DNA from: Gemmatimonadaceae bacterium
Lineage (GTDB): Bacteria; Gemmatimonadota; Gemmatimonadetes; Gemmatimonadales; Gemmatimonadaceae
NCBI GenBank assembly: GCA_045803545.1
Contig: JBJMOW010000005.1
Span: forward strand, 1,280,001-1,344,000
Reading direction: 5' to 3'
Length of the DNA stretch: 64,000 nucleotides
In this document: in pieces, positions 28,030 through 37,703 of the stretch
Layout of the letters: each line of letters starts with the position of its first letter
Numbering within the stretch: position 1 is the first letter of the stretch
Made by a program: the position numbers and the translations under genes
Notes under the pieces: model-generated
Told to the model about the DNA's origin: nothing
Database searches by the model: none
What the model saw: the letters and a program-made list of their open reading frames with translations, nothing else

Positions 28030-28578
28030 TTAAGCCTTCATATGAAGGGTTGGGAACGAGCTTCCGAATTGTTTACTGAATAATGAACGGATCAAACCTC
28101 CTTTCTTCGATCGTTCCGCTCCTTTGAACCGCACGACGTGCCCAGGCAGCGGCCAGCCGAGATTTCCAATTGCAACGCGGTTCCTGTGGATTCCGGCGAT
28201 CATCTCGATCTCGCCGCATTTCACTACGTGCTCGCTTCCCCGCCGACTACTGAAGGACCGCGTCTGTACAAAGCAGCGCTCGAGAATCTCCGTCGCTTGC
28301 TGGTGAGTGATGCCAACGAGCAGCCATCGCCGCCGCACCCAGAGCGCGATCACGATCAACGCGACGTCGAAGATGACTATTGAGATCGGCAGCACTCGCG
28401 CACCAGGGCCGCTGAGCGAGCCACGCTGAGTGAAACCATGGATGATTGTCGCCATTACAAAGATGCCGTTGACGACCACGAGGGAGCTTCCCTTCCATAG
28501 TGTAGGCGACGGGCGACGCGCGATGATCAGCGCCCACGCCACGAGCACCAGCGCATACGCGCCAAGCCACGGCAGCAT
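28030..28578 (-). CDS. Hypothetical membrane protein
   Basis: Three hydrophobic segments followed by a soluble tail. Confidence 0.65.
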   Translation of the reverse strand: MLPWLGAYALVLVAWALIIARRPSPTLWKGSSLVVVNGIFVMATIIHGFTQRGSLSGPGARVLPISIVIFDVALIVIALWVRRRWLLVGITHQQATEILERCFVQTRSFSSRRGSEHVVKCGEIEMIAGIHRNRVAIGNLGWPLPGHVVRFKGAERSKKGGLIRSLFSKQFGSSFPTLHMKA

Positions 28579-28605
28579 GGAGTTGTGGGAGAGCTTAGGT
28601 CGCGG

Positions 28606-29040
28606 CTACTCCTCGAGCAGCGCTTTCAGATTCTCGACGACGCGCTTGCCTTCCTGCTCGTTGAGCTTCTCGAACATCGACGCTTTCATTTTTCCGAGCG
28701 CGTTGGTCGGCACTTCGTAGTCGACGTTGAGACTGAGCCTGGTTCTGGGCCCCGCTCCGTCAGCCTTATAGGTGAAGGTGCTTTTGGCGCCAGTTGTGGT
28801 TTTGTAGACGAACTCTTTTGCGGGCACGAAGCGAACGGTTTCGGCCTTTCCGGTCAGCTCGACGCCGGCGATGTTGTAGACCCAATCCCAGCTGGTGCCG
28901 GGCGTTCTCACATCACCTTTGACGTTGGTCACCGACTTGAGCGGGCCGATGAATGCCGGGTGATTGGTGACGTCGACGATGTACTCCATCAGGGAGTCGG
29001 GCGTGCACTTTACTTCGACGGACTGGGCGACTCTGGTCAT
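28606..29040 (-). CDS. SRPBCC/START-like (polyketide cyclase-like) protein
   Basis: GGAG RBS before ATG 29040; SVEV...EYIVDVTNHP.F...TRLSLNVDY...LKALLE pattern. Confidence 0.85.
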   Translation of the reverse strand: MTRVAQSVEVKCTPDSLMEYIVDVTNHPAFIGPLKSVTNVKGDVRTPGTSWDWVYNIAGVELTGKAETVRFVPAKEFVYKTTTGAKSTFTYKADGAGPRTRLSLNVDYEVPTNALGKMKASMFEKLNEQEGKRVVENLKALLEE

Positions 29041-29082
29041 TTTGACTCTCCGTTGGAATTCTTGTGCGCTGAGGATTGAGCC

Positions 29083-29228
29083 AACCAAAGGTAGGCAGGG
29101 TGCAGAGATTGCTCAGCGGTCAGTGTGCAGCTAATGAACGTGGCGTTTGTTGCGAAGCGTGGCCAGGAATGCCGATTCAAACGCTGCACACTCTGCACTG
29201 CGCATCTGCAACCTGTCTGCCTTTGGTT
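29083..29228. repeat. Hairpin element, family B copy 2
   Basis: AACCAAAGGTAGGCAGGGTGCAGA ... TCTGCAACCTGTCTGCCTTTGGTT. Confidence 0.8.
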
Positions 29229-29266
29229 CACGATGCCAGATAGTGCCGCGATCTCGAACAAAGAGC

Positions 29267-31456
29267 TTACTGGATGTCGTACTGCGGCTCGGGCCTGTTC
29301 ATCAGGTACTTGTCGAACCAGCCAATAATGTGCCGCAGGCGTTCGACACGGTGCCACGGCTTCCCTGAACGTGAAAGTTCATGAGTCTCGTCGGGGAAAC
29401 GAACCATCACCGTCGGCTTGTGCAAATACTTCAGGGCGCGGAACATCTGCTCGCCGCCCATAACCGGCGGCGTGCGCATGTCAGCATCGCCTTCGACAAA
29501 CATGATCGGCGTGGTGACGTTGGTGACATAGGTGATTGGCGAAAGATCAGCGAACTGCTTCTGGTTCTCCCACGGCGGCCCGGAGAACCACGTCGGATGA
29601 AAGAGAGTGAAATCCGCAGTGTACCAGAAGCCGGTCCAATCTGCGATCGATCGTTGTGAGACGGCGGCCGCGAAGCGGTGGGTGTGGCCAACAATCCAGT
29701 TGGTGAGAACGCCGCCACCGCTGCCACCGGTGGCGCCCATTTTCGTCGAATCGACGTATCCGCGCTTCACTACCTCGTCGACGCCGGCCATTAGATCCTT
29801 GTAGTCGTCGCCGGGATAGTTGTGCTGAATGATGTTCGCGAATTCCTGGCCGTACGACGTGCTGCCGCGCGGATTCACGTAAAGGACGACGTAACCCTTG
29901 GTCGCCATCCAATCGAATTCGTGAGTGAAAGTGTAGCCGAAAGCGGCGTTCGGCCCGCCGTGGATCTCGAGAATCAGCGGATACTTTCTCGAGGCACTGA
30001 AACCCGGCGGCTTGAGAATCCACCCTTGAATGCGTTTTCCGTCGAAGCTGTTGTAGGTGAACTCTTCCGGCGCCGGAATGTCGAGGGTGCTGAACAGTGC
30101 GTCGTTGACGTGAGTGATTTGGCGGGAGGCGATGGTGCGGGAGGCGGGAGGCGAGAGGCGGGAGGCGTCAATCACGAACAGATCGCCGATGTTCACCGGG
30201 GTGGACACCAGAGTCACGAGCTTTGAACCGCTCTTGTCGGCTGCATATGACACGACTTCCTCGTCACCGGTCGTCACCGCGCTGGATGTGCCACCATCGA
30301 TTGGGAAGCGGCGCAAGTTCGCGCGGCCGTTTTCGGTGGTGACGACGATCACACTGCGGCTGTCGCTGCTCCAGATAATTCCGCCGCCGCTGCCGGCACG
30401 CGGCGGATGTTGATCGCCGGTAAGGCCGCCTTCGACGTCGTAGTCGTAGTTCGTGCTGAGATTGACAGGCTTCGCTCCCGGAGTCGCATCCATGACGTAG
30501 ACGTCGCGCTCGTCGTAGAAGCGGAGTGGTTTGCCGTTCTCGTTGCCGGTGAACGCGATTTTCTTTCCATCACGAGAGATCGCAATTGAGCCCACGGCGC
30601 CATCGAGACTCGCGACCTTTGTCGGCGTACCGCCGCTGGCTGAAACCGAGAACAGCTCGTCGGCAGCCGTTTCGTAGTACGGCTCGAGATGGCGATCGGA
30701 CGTGTAATAGAGACGCGATCCGTCGGTTGACCAGACGGGCTCGCTCTCGTCGAACGTCCCATTGGTGATCTGCTTCGCACTCGGCTGTCCACCGCTCGCG
30801 GTGAATGATGCGGGCACAGTCCAGATGTGCGAATGCGCGGTGACGTCGGTGTAACCGGCGCCGTTCCAACGGTACTGCGCCCGCGTGATCACCCGAACAT
30901 CGCTGACGTGCTTCTTCGTGGTGTCGGTCGACTTCTTCGCCGAATCCGATCCAGCGGTGTCGGGAACCGATGTAAACGCAATCGTGCGACCGTCGGGCGA
31001 CCACACCGGCGACGACGCGCCTTTTGGCGCATTGGTGAGCATCCTCGCTTCGCCACCATCCATTGTGATCAGATAGATCTGCGGCGGCCGAGGCTTGCCA
31101 TCGACCGGGTCTGGCGTGCGCACGAAGGCTAGCTGGCGTCCATCCGGCGACCAGCGCGGTCCCCGGTCTCCGCGGCCCGACGTCAACGGCCTCGGCGCTG
31201 CGCTTCCATCCGCGGGCACCATGAAGATCTGGGTGTCGTAGCGATCCTTGTCGGCGTCAGCTGTTACGCGTACGAACGCGACCTGCGAGCCGTTCGGAGA
31301 AATCTGTGGATCAGCGGCCCAGACAAACTTGAACAAATCGGTGTCCGAGATGGGCCGCCGCGTCTGTGCGCTGACGTCGGCCGGCCCCATGATGAGAGTT
31401 ATGGCGGCGAGGCCGAGCAGCAGCGGAGTCTTACCCACCAATATCGCGGACCTCAT
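29267..31456 (-). CDS. S9 family serine peptidase with PD40/WD40-like propeller
   Basis: WSPDG repeats, IHGGP, NPRGSTSYG, GGSGGG, D.RTP, ETHEL. Confidence 0.92.
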   Translation of the reverse strand: MRSAILVGKTPLLLGLAAITLIMGPADVSAQTRRPISDTDLFKFVWAADPQISPNGSQVAFVRVTADADKDRYDTQIFMVPADGSAAPRPLTSGRGDRGPRWSPDGRQLAFVRTPDPVDGKPRPPQIYLITMDGGEARMLTNAPKGASSPVWSPDGRTIAFTSVPDTAGSDSAKKSTDTTKKHVSDVRVITRAQYRWNGAGYTDVTAHSHIWTVPASFTASGGQPSAKQITNGTFDESEPVWSTDGSRLYYTSDRHLEPYYETAADELFSVSASGGTPTKVASLDGAVGSIAISRDGKKIAFTGNENGKPLRFYDERDVYVMDATPGAKPVNLSTNYDYDVEGGLTGDQHPPRAGSGGGIIWSSDSRSVIVVTTENGRANLRRFPIDGGTSSAVTTGDEEVVSYAADKSGSKLVTLVSTPVNIGDLFVIDASRLSPPASRTIASRQITHVNDALFSTLDIPAPEEFTYNSFDGKRIQGWILKPPGFSASRKYPLILEIHGGPNAAFGYTFTHEFDWMATKGYVVLYVNPRGSTSYGQEFANIIQHNYPGDDYKDLMAGVDEVVKRGYVDSTKMGATGGSGGGVLTNWIVGHTHRFAAAVSQRSIADWTGFWYTADFTLFHPTWFSGPPWENQKQFADLSPITYVTNVTTPIMFVEGDADMRTPPVMGGEQMFRALKYLHKPTVMVRFPDETHELSRSGKPWHRVERLRHIIGWFDKYLMNRPEPQYDIQ

Positions 31457-34158
31457 TACTTCACCAGTTCTGCCGTCGCCACCGCACCGTTCATCTGCGG
31501 CAGCACGCTAGAGACCTTCACTACGCGACGGTCGGCTTTGCTCACCCACAGCGTCGTCGTCTCACCAGTGCCCTCGGCAGGGGTGGTGATGACTTTCCAG
31601 GCGTCGAAAGTACCGGCCGGAACCGTCACGCTCTCGGTGCCGACGACTTTTAGCTGCCGCGGCTTCACCTGCTGCGACATGATGTCGAAGTTGCGGAACG
31701 TCGTCGCGTAGCCGGTTGCAAGTGGCAGCGCCGCAATCGCGTCGTTAGCACCCGCGCCGTCGGCGAATAGTACGCCGCCCAGGTCAGCCGAGATCGGACG
31801 ATCCTGGCCGTTCACTGACATCGTGCCAGTGGCCTTGTTGTCGGCAAACTGGATGTCGACGGTCGCCGGCCCCTGATGAATGATACGACGGGTCAACAAC
31901 AGCGATCCCTTCGATACCGTCGATTCGTCGGACATGGTGCCCATCGGCATCGACGCGGATTCAGTCACCAGCCAGACACCGCCGCTGTCCTTGACGGTGT
32001 GCGTGAGATCCATCGGAATCGTCTGACCACCTGCCTCGAGTGTTCCCTTGTACGTCGTAACGCCAGGCGTAAGGTCATACGCCGGCTTCGGTGCGCTGGG
32101 CGCGACTTCCACCTTCTTCGCGACGACGACTGTCTTCGGATCCACAGTGAGCTGCGCGAGACGCGTGCTGATCGCCGGCGTCATGCTCTGCTGATAACGA
32201 CCGCCCAGGTGCTTCGCCAAAAACTTCTCAGCGGCCGCAAACATCGCGAGGTTGTTGATTGGGCGCGCGAAGCCGTGGCCTTCATCCGGCGCGAGCAGGT
32301 ATTCGACGGGCGATCCACGGTCGCGCAGAGCGGTGACGATCTGCTCGCTCTCTGCTTTATTCACTCGCGGGTCGTTGGCTCCCTGCACCACCAATAGCGG
32401 CGCCTTGATCTTGTTCGCCGAAGTAAGGGGAGACTGGCGAATCAGCTGGGCTTTGCCGGCTTCGGTGTTTGGATTTCCCATTCGCTCGTTGAAGACCGTG
32501 CGGATGGACTCCCAATACGGCGGAATCGAGTTGAGCAGCGTGATCAGGTTGGACGGGCCGACGTAAGACACTCCGGCTGCGTAGACGTCGGGAGTGAATG
32601 CGAGGCCGGCGAGGGTCGCGTAGCCGCCGTACGACCCGCCCGCGATGCCAACACGCTTCGGATCTACGATGCCTTGGGAGACCAGATAGCGGACACCCTC
32701 AGTGATGTCGTCCTGCATCTTCTGGCCCCACTCGTTGTTGCCGGCATTGAGGAACTTCTTGCCGTAACCGGTCGAAGCGCGGAAGTTCGGCTGCAGCACT
32801 GCGTAACCACGATTGGCAAAAAACTGCGCGTATGGATTGTATCCCCACACGTCACGCCCCCACGGACCTCCGTGAATCCAGGCGACGAGCGGGAGATTCT
32901 TGGCCGGCACGCCGACGGGAAGCGTGAGATAGGCGGGGATTACCAAGCCATCAGATGACTTGTACGAGATCGCCTTGACGCGCGCGAGCGATTCGCGCGG
33001 CAGCTTGTCGAATACGCGGTAGAGGAACGTCAGCTTCTTGCTATTGCGATCGTACAGGTAGCGCTCGCCCGGCTCACGATCGCTGGACGCGACGACCATC
33101 CACTCATTCTCGTCGCGAGTGGTAGACGTAATGTTGATCTCCTTCCCCGGCAGCTTGCTCTTGATAAGATCGTAATCCTTCTCCCACTGCGGATCCTTGA
33201 AGTACACCCGCGTTCGATCGTCGACGTAGGCAGTCGCGACAAGCTTGTTGGTAACCTCCGAGAAAGTCGCAGCACCGAAGTCGACGCGGTTCAGCGGATC
33301 GGATTCGACGAGCTGCTCTGACTTGGTGTTGGGATCAAAGAGAACCAACCGGGTGAGGTCTGGCGTTCCCTTGTTGGTCTCCAGGTAGAGCTTGTCGTTA
33401 GCCGCATCGAACTGAAGCGGATTGCAGGTCTCGAAGACGTTGCACGAATAGATCTGCGTGAAACCGCTCGGATCGACGCGCAGGATCTCCGTGTCACCCT
33501 TATCCGTGCTGCGTGCCGCCAGTTTCAGATTGCCGGCGTTGTCGAAGATCCAGCTCGATACACGCTCGGTGTTCTGCTTGAGCAGGGTCTTCTCACCAGT
33601 CGCGATGTTCAGCTTATACAGATCGTGCCATGCTTTGTCGCGATCGTTGATGCCGACGTACATGGTGTTGGGATCGTTGCGCGGCACGGCGTAGATTATC
33701 GCGCGAACACCCTTCGCTTCCGTGAGATTCCGGGCGGCCGGAACTTCCTGGCCTGTCGCAGCTGCGGCCGATGGATCGACGGCGTAAACGTTGAAGTTCT
33801 CGTCGCCGCCCTGGTCCTGGACATAGAGGATGTACTTGCCGTCTCTGCTCCAGAAATACTGGGTTACAGGACGCTTGATGTCGTTGGTGATCAGCTTCGC
33901 CGCCGTCCACGGCTCGTTGACGCCCTTCACCCAGATGTTGCGCGTGTCCTTGTACGGTTTGAGGAACGAGATGTATTTCCCGTCGGGCGATATCTGCGCG
34001 CCGGAGATCTCCGGATTGCCGAAAAACAGCTCGCGATCGATGAGCGGTGGCAGCTTGCCGTTCTGGGCGGGCAAGAATGCCGGAGTGGTAAATGCGATCG
34101 CAACCGCGAGAGACCAGCGTAGGGTCTGCCGCGGGCGAAGAGTGACGGGAATTCTCAT
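31456..34158 (-). CDS. S9 family peptidase with an extra C-terminal domain (DUF3108-like)
   Basis: IHGGPW, GGSYGGY, QGANDPRV, DEGHGF; C-terminal ESVTVPAGTFDAWKV. Confidence 0.92.
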   Translation of the reverse strand: MRIPVTLRPRQTLRWSLAVAIAFTTPAFLPAQNGKLPPLIDRELFFGNPEISGAQISPDGKYISFLKPYKDTRNIWVKGVNEPWTAAKLITNDIKRPVTQYFWSRDGKYILYVQDQGGDENFNVYAVDPSAAAATGQEVPAARNLTEAKGVRAIIYAVPRNDPNTMYVGINDRDKAWHDLYKLNIATGEKTLLKQNTERVSSWIFDNAGNLKLAARSTDKGDTEILRVDPSGFTQIYSCNVFETCNPLQFDAANDKLYLETNKGTPDLTRLVLFDPNTKSEQLVESDPLNRVDFGAATFSEVTNKLVATAYVDDRTRVYFKDPQWEKDYDLIKSKLPGKEINITSTTRDENEWMVVASSDREPGERYLYDRNSKKLTFLYRVFDKLPRESLARVKAISYKSSDGLVIPAYLTLPVGVPAKNLPLVAWIHGGPWGRDVWGYNPYAQFFANRGYAVLQPNFRASTGYGKKFLNAGNNEWGQKMQDDITEGVRYLVSQGIVDPKRVGIAGGSYGGYATLAGLAFTPDVYAAGVSYVGPSNLITLLNSIPPYWESIRTVFNERMGNPNTEAGKAQLIRQSPLTSANKIKAPLLVVQGANDPRVNKAESEQIVTALRDRGSPVEYLLAPDEGHGFARPINNLAMFAAAEKFLAKHLGGRYQQSMTPAISTRLAQLTVDPKTVVVAKKVEVAPSAPKPAYDLTPGVTTYKGTLEAGGQTIPMDLTHTVKDSGGVWLVTESASMPMGTMSDESTVSKGSLLLTRRIIHQGPATVDIQFADNKATGTMSVNGQDRPISADLGGVLFADGAGANDAIAALPLATGYATTFRNFDIMSQQVKPRQLKVVGTESVTVPAGTFDAWKVITTPAEGTGETTTLWVSKADRRVVKVSSVLPQMNGAVATAELVK

Positions 34159-34300
34159 TGGAAAGTCCGTGACGGGGGAAATGCGGAGTGCCGAGTCCAG
34201 CTGCGTGTATGAGGCAGCCTCGAACGGGTACTAACGTATAGCGCATACAAAAGTGCCACCAGCACAAATTCGACGCCTTTTATCCGAGATTACATAGCGA

Positions 34301-34930
34301 ATGTCTTCTCTCGAACCAAAAACCGTGACGATGGTTCCGACTCCGCGGCGACCGTTTGGTCCCGGAGCAATACTGGTAGTCGTAGCACTTTTGCTGTTGA
34401 TCGCGTTTGGCTATTGCGCCAGTCGAGTGGCGAGGAACCCGTTTCTCGGTCGAAGCGAGCCGGTCGTCACGCACGACATTGTCGTGCAGCAAATACGCAA
34501 CGTCGCAAAACTGGTTTCGAGCGAAGCAAGTGTGCGCGACGTCGTGTCGTATCAGAATACGTGGTACGGATCGACGAAGCGTTCGCTGGTTGTCGTCACC
34601 GGCAGGCTGCTCGCGGGCATCGACCTCAAGGACAATCCAGACGTCCGCATCGACGACGCCGATCGCCGGATCATCATTCGCATTCCGCCCGCGAAGTTGA
34701 TCGCGGTCGAGATAAAAGACATGCAGACCTACGACGAGCACGGCGGATTGTGGAATCCGTTTACGCCCGAAGATCGCGACGCGATTCAGCGACAGGCGCG
34801 AGCTCAGCTGCTCGCCGCTGGCTCGCAGATGGAGTTGCTCAAACACGCGAATGAAAGCGCGGTGGAGATGCTGCGCATGTTGCTTGCAAAGGACGGCTAC
34901 ACCGTTGATGTTGCAGTGAGAGGTACATAA
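34301..34930 (+). CDS. DUF4230-like membrane-anchored protein
   Basis: N-terminal TM helix, IRNVAKL, G..LAGIDL, IRIPPAKL. Confidence 0.75.
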   Translation: MSSLEPKTVTMVPTPRRPFGPGAILVVVALLLLIAFGYCASRVARNPFLGRSEPVVTHDIVVQQIRNVAKLVSSEASVRDVVSYQNTWYGSTKRSLVVVTGRLLAGIDLKDNPDVRIDDADRRIIIRIPPAKLIAVEIKDMQTYDEHGGLWNPFTPEDRDAIQRQARAQLLAAGSQMELLKHANESAVEMLRMLLAKDGYTVDVAVRGT

Positions 34931-34951
34931 CGGAAGTCAGCCGGAGGTTTC

Positions 34952-35605
34952 ATGAACGAGCGCGTCCCGTCTGCAGTCGCCGTCGTTTCGTCTCTGGTAA
35001 TCATCGCGTACGCTTGTACAACGGCACAAACCACCACCAACACCAATCCGTCTCCCGCGGGCGGAGTTGCCGCCAACGCGCAGGGCGGCCTCGGTGGACC
35101 CGGTGGCCGCGGCGGATTCCGGGGGCCTCTTACTGATTCGGCGCGCAGAGTGCGCGACAGTGTCACTGCGGCTCGTCGTGACAGCGGCGCGGCAGGAGTG
35201 ATGCGATTTATCGCCGGCCGCGAGAATCAGCCCGCCGAAAGCGTCTTCAAGAACATCAAGATTTTCAAAGGCGTGCCGGCGGGCAGGCTCGTCAACATCA
35301 TGAACAACGGCTTTGGCCGCTCACTGGGCGTCAGCTGCGGTTTTTGTCACGTGCCTGGCAAATGGGATCTCGACGACAAGGAAGAGAAGAACACCGCACG
35401 GCTAATGTTCGCGATGGTCCAGACCATCAATGGCGAATACATCTCCAAGGTGCCGCACGACAGCGCCAGTCCGCAGCCGGTGGTGAATTGTTTCACCTGC
35501 CATCGAGGCGAGCCGCGTCCACTGGGACCGGGCGGGCCGCCGCCGGGAAATCGGCCACCGGGAGGCCCGCCACCAGGTTCTCCGCCGCCCGCTAGCGGAT
35601 TCTAG
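34952..35605 (+). CDS. Diheme c-type cytochrome (reaction-centre cytochrome c subunit-like family)
   Basis: FKNIKIF, M...F..SLGVSCGFCH, ARLM..MV..IN, NCFTCHRG; export signal. Confidence 0.85.
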   Translation: MNERVPSAVAVVSSLVIIAYACTTAQTTTNTNPSPAGGVAANAQGGLGGPGGRGGFRGPLTDSARRVRDSVTAARRDSGAAGVMRFIAGRENQPAESVFKNIKIFKGVPAGRLVNIMNNGFGRSLGVSCGFCHVPGKWDLDDKEEKNTARLMFAMVQTINGEYISKVPHDSASPQPVVNCFTCHRGEPRPLGPGGPPPGNRPPGGPPPGSPPPASGF

Positions 35606-35625
35606 CCGTCAGCGCCCGGCAACTC

Positions 35626-36135
35626 CTACTGCGCCGGGCTGCCGATTTCGGCGACGAGCTTCCACTTTCCGCCGACTTTCTTCCAGACGTTGAGGAAGTT
35701 GCCGGACTGCTTTGTGGGCTTGCCTTTGACGTCCGCCGTTTGCGAGAACGTACCGTAGTCCCACGCCATCGTGGCGTCGTCGGAGAAGTTCACGCCGTCG
35801 CTGTGGAAGGTGACGTCCTTCACATTTGCCTTGACGGCCTCGACGTACGATTTCCGAATATCGGCCAATCCTTTCACGGTCTTCCCACCGCCGATCGAGA
35901 CAGCGTCGTTGTCGTAGCAGCACATGACTGAATCGACGTTTTTCGAGACCATACCGCGAATGAACGCCGAGTCATTGCCAAGTATCTCGGCGCTGGCTGC
36001 GTTGCGGTCGAAGGACTTGCCACTCGCTGTCGATGAGGCTGCGGTCGAGTCGGCCGAGGCGGGCGTGCTTTTGTAGCAGGCGGACTGAATAACCGCGAGT
36101 CCTGCAACCAAGGCGATAGTGCTCGAAATGCGCAT
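35626..36135 (-). CDS. DUF4440/SnoaL-like (NTF2 fold) lipoprotein
   Basis: GGAGG RBS, lipobox QSAC, MAWDYGTF, GNFLNVWKK..GKWKL. Confidence 0.85.
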   Translation of the reverse strand: MRISSTIALVAGLAVIQSACYKSTPASADSTAASSTASGKSFDRNAASAEILGNDSAFIRGMVSKNVDSVMCCYDNDAVSIGGGKTVKGLADIRKSYVEAVKANVKDVTFHSDGVNFSDDATMAWDYGTFSQTADVKGKPTKQSGNFLNVWKKVGGKWKLVAEIGSPAQ

Positions 36136-36159
36136 CGTTCCTCCCGGTTGGTTTAACAA

Positions 36160-36293
36160 AAGGTAGGCAGACTGCAGAGAAAGCTCAGAGGGCAGGATGC
36201 AGCGTATGATTGGCGTTTGTAGCGACTTGCGCCAGAACGCCACATTCAACGCTGGGAACCCAGTCCTGTGCTGCTCTGCTACCTGCCTACCTT
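36160..36293. repeat. Hairpin element, family B copy 3
   Basis: AAGGTAGGCAGACTGCAGAG ... CTCTGCTACCTGCCTACCTT; interior shared with the 29083 copy. Confidence 0.8.
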
Positions 36294-36319
36294 GCTGCAG
36301 TTTAGTCCTCAGTCCCAGT

Positions 36320-37030
36320 CTACTGCTGAAGACGGATCTCCCGCGCTCCGAACGGACGCGCGAAAGTGCCCGCGTTCGCGCGCTGGGCGAGCGCGTTGAC
36401 GCGGCTCACCGTCTGTCGAACCGTGTCGGTAATGCGATCCCACTGGCCGCCCGCGATCCAGTCCGAGGGCGCCATCCAGCTGCCGCCAACTGCGACGACG
36501 TTCTTCATCGCCAGGTATTGCGGGAACGTAGCCCCGGTGACTCCGCCCGACGGATTGAATTGGATGCCGTTGAACGGACCATTCAGCAGCTCCAGGTACT
36601 CCGTCCCGCCGAGGGTGGTGATCGGCCACAGCTTCATGAGTTTGAGGCCGGTGTCGAGCACGGCTTCGATCTCCGAGGCCGTCGCGACACCCGGAAAAAC
36701 GGGTATGTCCTGCTCGAGACAATAGTCGACGACATCGCGCTTGAATCCCGGGGAGATCACGAACTCGGCGCCGGCCGCTTTCGCCTGCTTTGCCTGCTCG
36801 ACATTGAGCACGGTCCCGCAGCCCGCGAACATCTCCGGCTGCTCGCCTTTGATCCGTCTCAGCGCTTCGAACGCCTTCGGCGTGCGCAGCGTGATCTCAG
36901 CGATCGGCAGTCCGCCGCTTAGTAAAGCACCTGCCAGCGGCAGCGCATTGTTGGGGTCTTCGATGACGATGACCGGAATGATCCGCCAGCGGCGCAGAGC
37001 TTCATTTATCGACGTTTCGTGAACTTCCAC
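36320..37030 (-). CDS. eda: KDPG/KHG aldolase
   Basis: IIPVI, AEITLRTP, GTVLN, AGAEFVISPG, PGVATASE, PSGGV, VGGSW; GGAGG before GTG 37030. Confidence 0.92.
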   Translation of the reverse strand: MEVHETSINEALRRWRIIPVIVIEDPNNALPLAGALLSGGLPIAEITLRTPKAFEALRRIKGEQPEMFAGCGTVLNVEQAKQAKAAGAEFVISPGFKRDVVDYCLEQDIPVFPGVATASEIEAVLDTGLKLMKLWPITTLGGTEYLELLNGPFNGIQFNPSGGVTGATFPQYLAMKNVVAVGGSWMAPSDWIAGGQWDRITDTVRQTVSRVNALAQRANAGTFARPFGAREIRLQQ

Positions 37031-37144
37031 CGTTAGTCCTCCAGACGGGCGCAGGGCGAGGGTAGAAAGGTGCACCAATCGCCGGCCTTAGAGTAGGGGC
37101 GGGAGTCTGTTACAGTTGAGTCCCGGCGAGAGTCTTGATTTACC

Positions 37145-37648
37145 ATGTCTCCCGCCGCCAGCACCGATCACACAATCCGCACGATTACCATCGACGGACG
37201 GAAGTACAACGTCGTGCTTCGCGTCGGTTACGACGGCGTTGAGTATGTCGGCAGGATGCGCTTTACGGACACGGCAAGTCCCGATCTGTCGTTCCAGGAT
37301 CACGGGTCGATCCCCGGCGCCAGCATGCTCGAGACGGTACGAAAGGCGAAGGAGTTTTCTCCAAACGAGATCGAGCAACGGCTGCATCGGGCGCTGTCGG
37401 AAAAACGTCGGTTCAACAAACTTCGCGACGCCACCGACGATATGATCAACACCATCAAATACCTCAATCGCCTCGCGATCGATATCAAGAAGGGGCGGCT
37501 CGATCAGGATGGTGGAAAGCAGGAGCTGGAAAACGTCCAGAATCAGCTGCTCGAGATCGTGCGCACCTTCCGCCACCACGCCGGTGTCGAGGATCATCCG
37601 CAAGCGAAGCGGACTCCGCGCAGCGCCAAGCGAAAATCACTGTCCTGA
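37145..37648 (+). CDS. Hypothetical protein
   Basis: 167-aa ORF with a beta N-terminus (YDGVEYVGRM.F) and a coiled C-terminus. Confidence 0.75.
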   Translation: MSPAASTDHTIRTITIDGRKYNVVLRVGYDGVEYVGRMRFTDTASPDLSFQDHGSIPGASMLETVRKAKEFSPNEIEQRLHRALSEKRRFNKLRDATDDMINTIKYLNRLAIDIKKGRLDQDGGKQELENVQNQLLEIVRTFRHHAGVEDHPQAKRTPRSAKRKSLS

Positions 37649-37703
37649 CGAACTGACGAACTGATCGACTTCGCTCGCCGGACGGTCGTTATTAAGATTC
37701 GGC

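Noticed and set aside
34952..35605. Evidence of phototrophy (pufC)
   Set aside because: It has only two CxxCH motifs rather than four, and no puf or bch genes are nearby.
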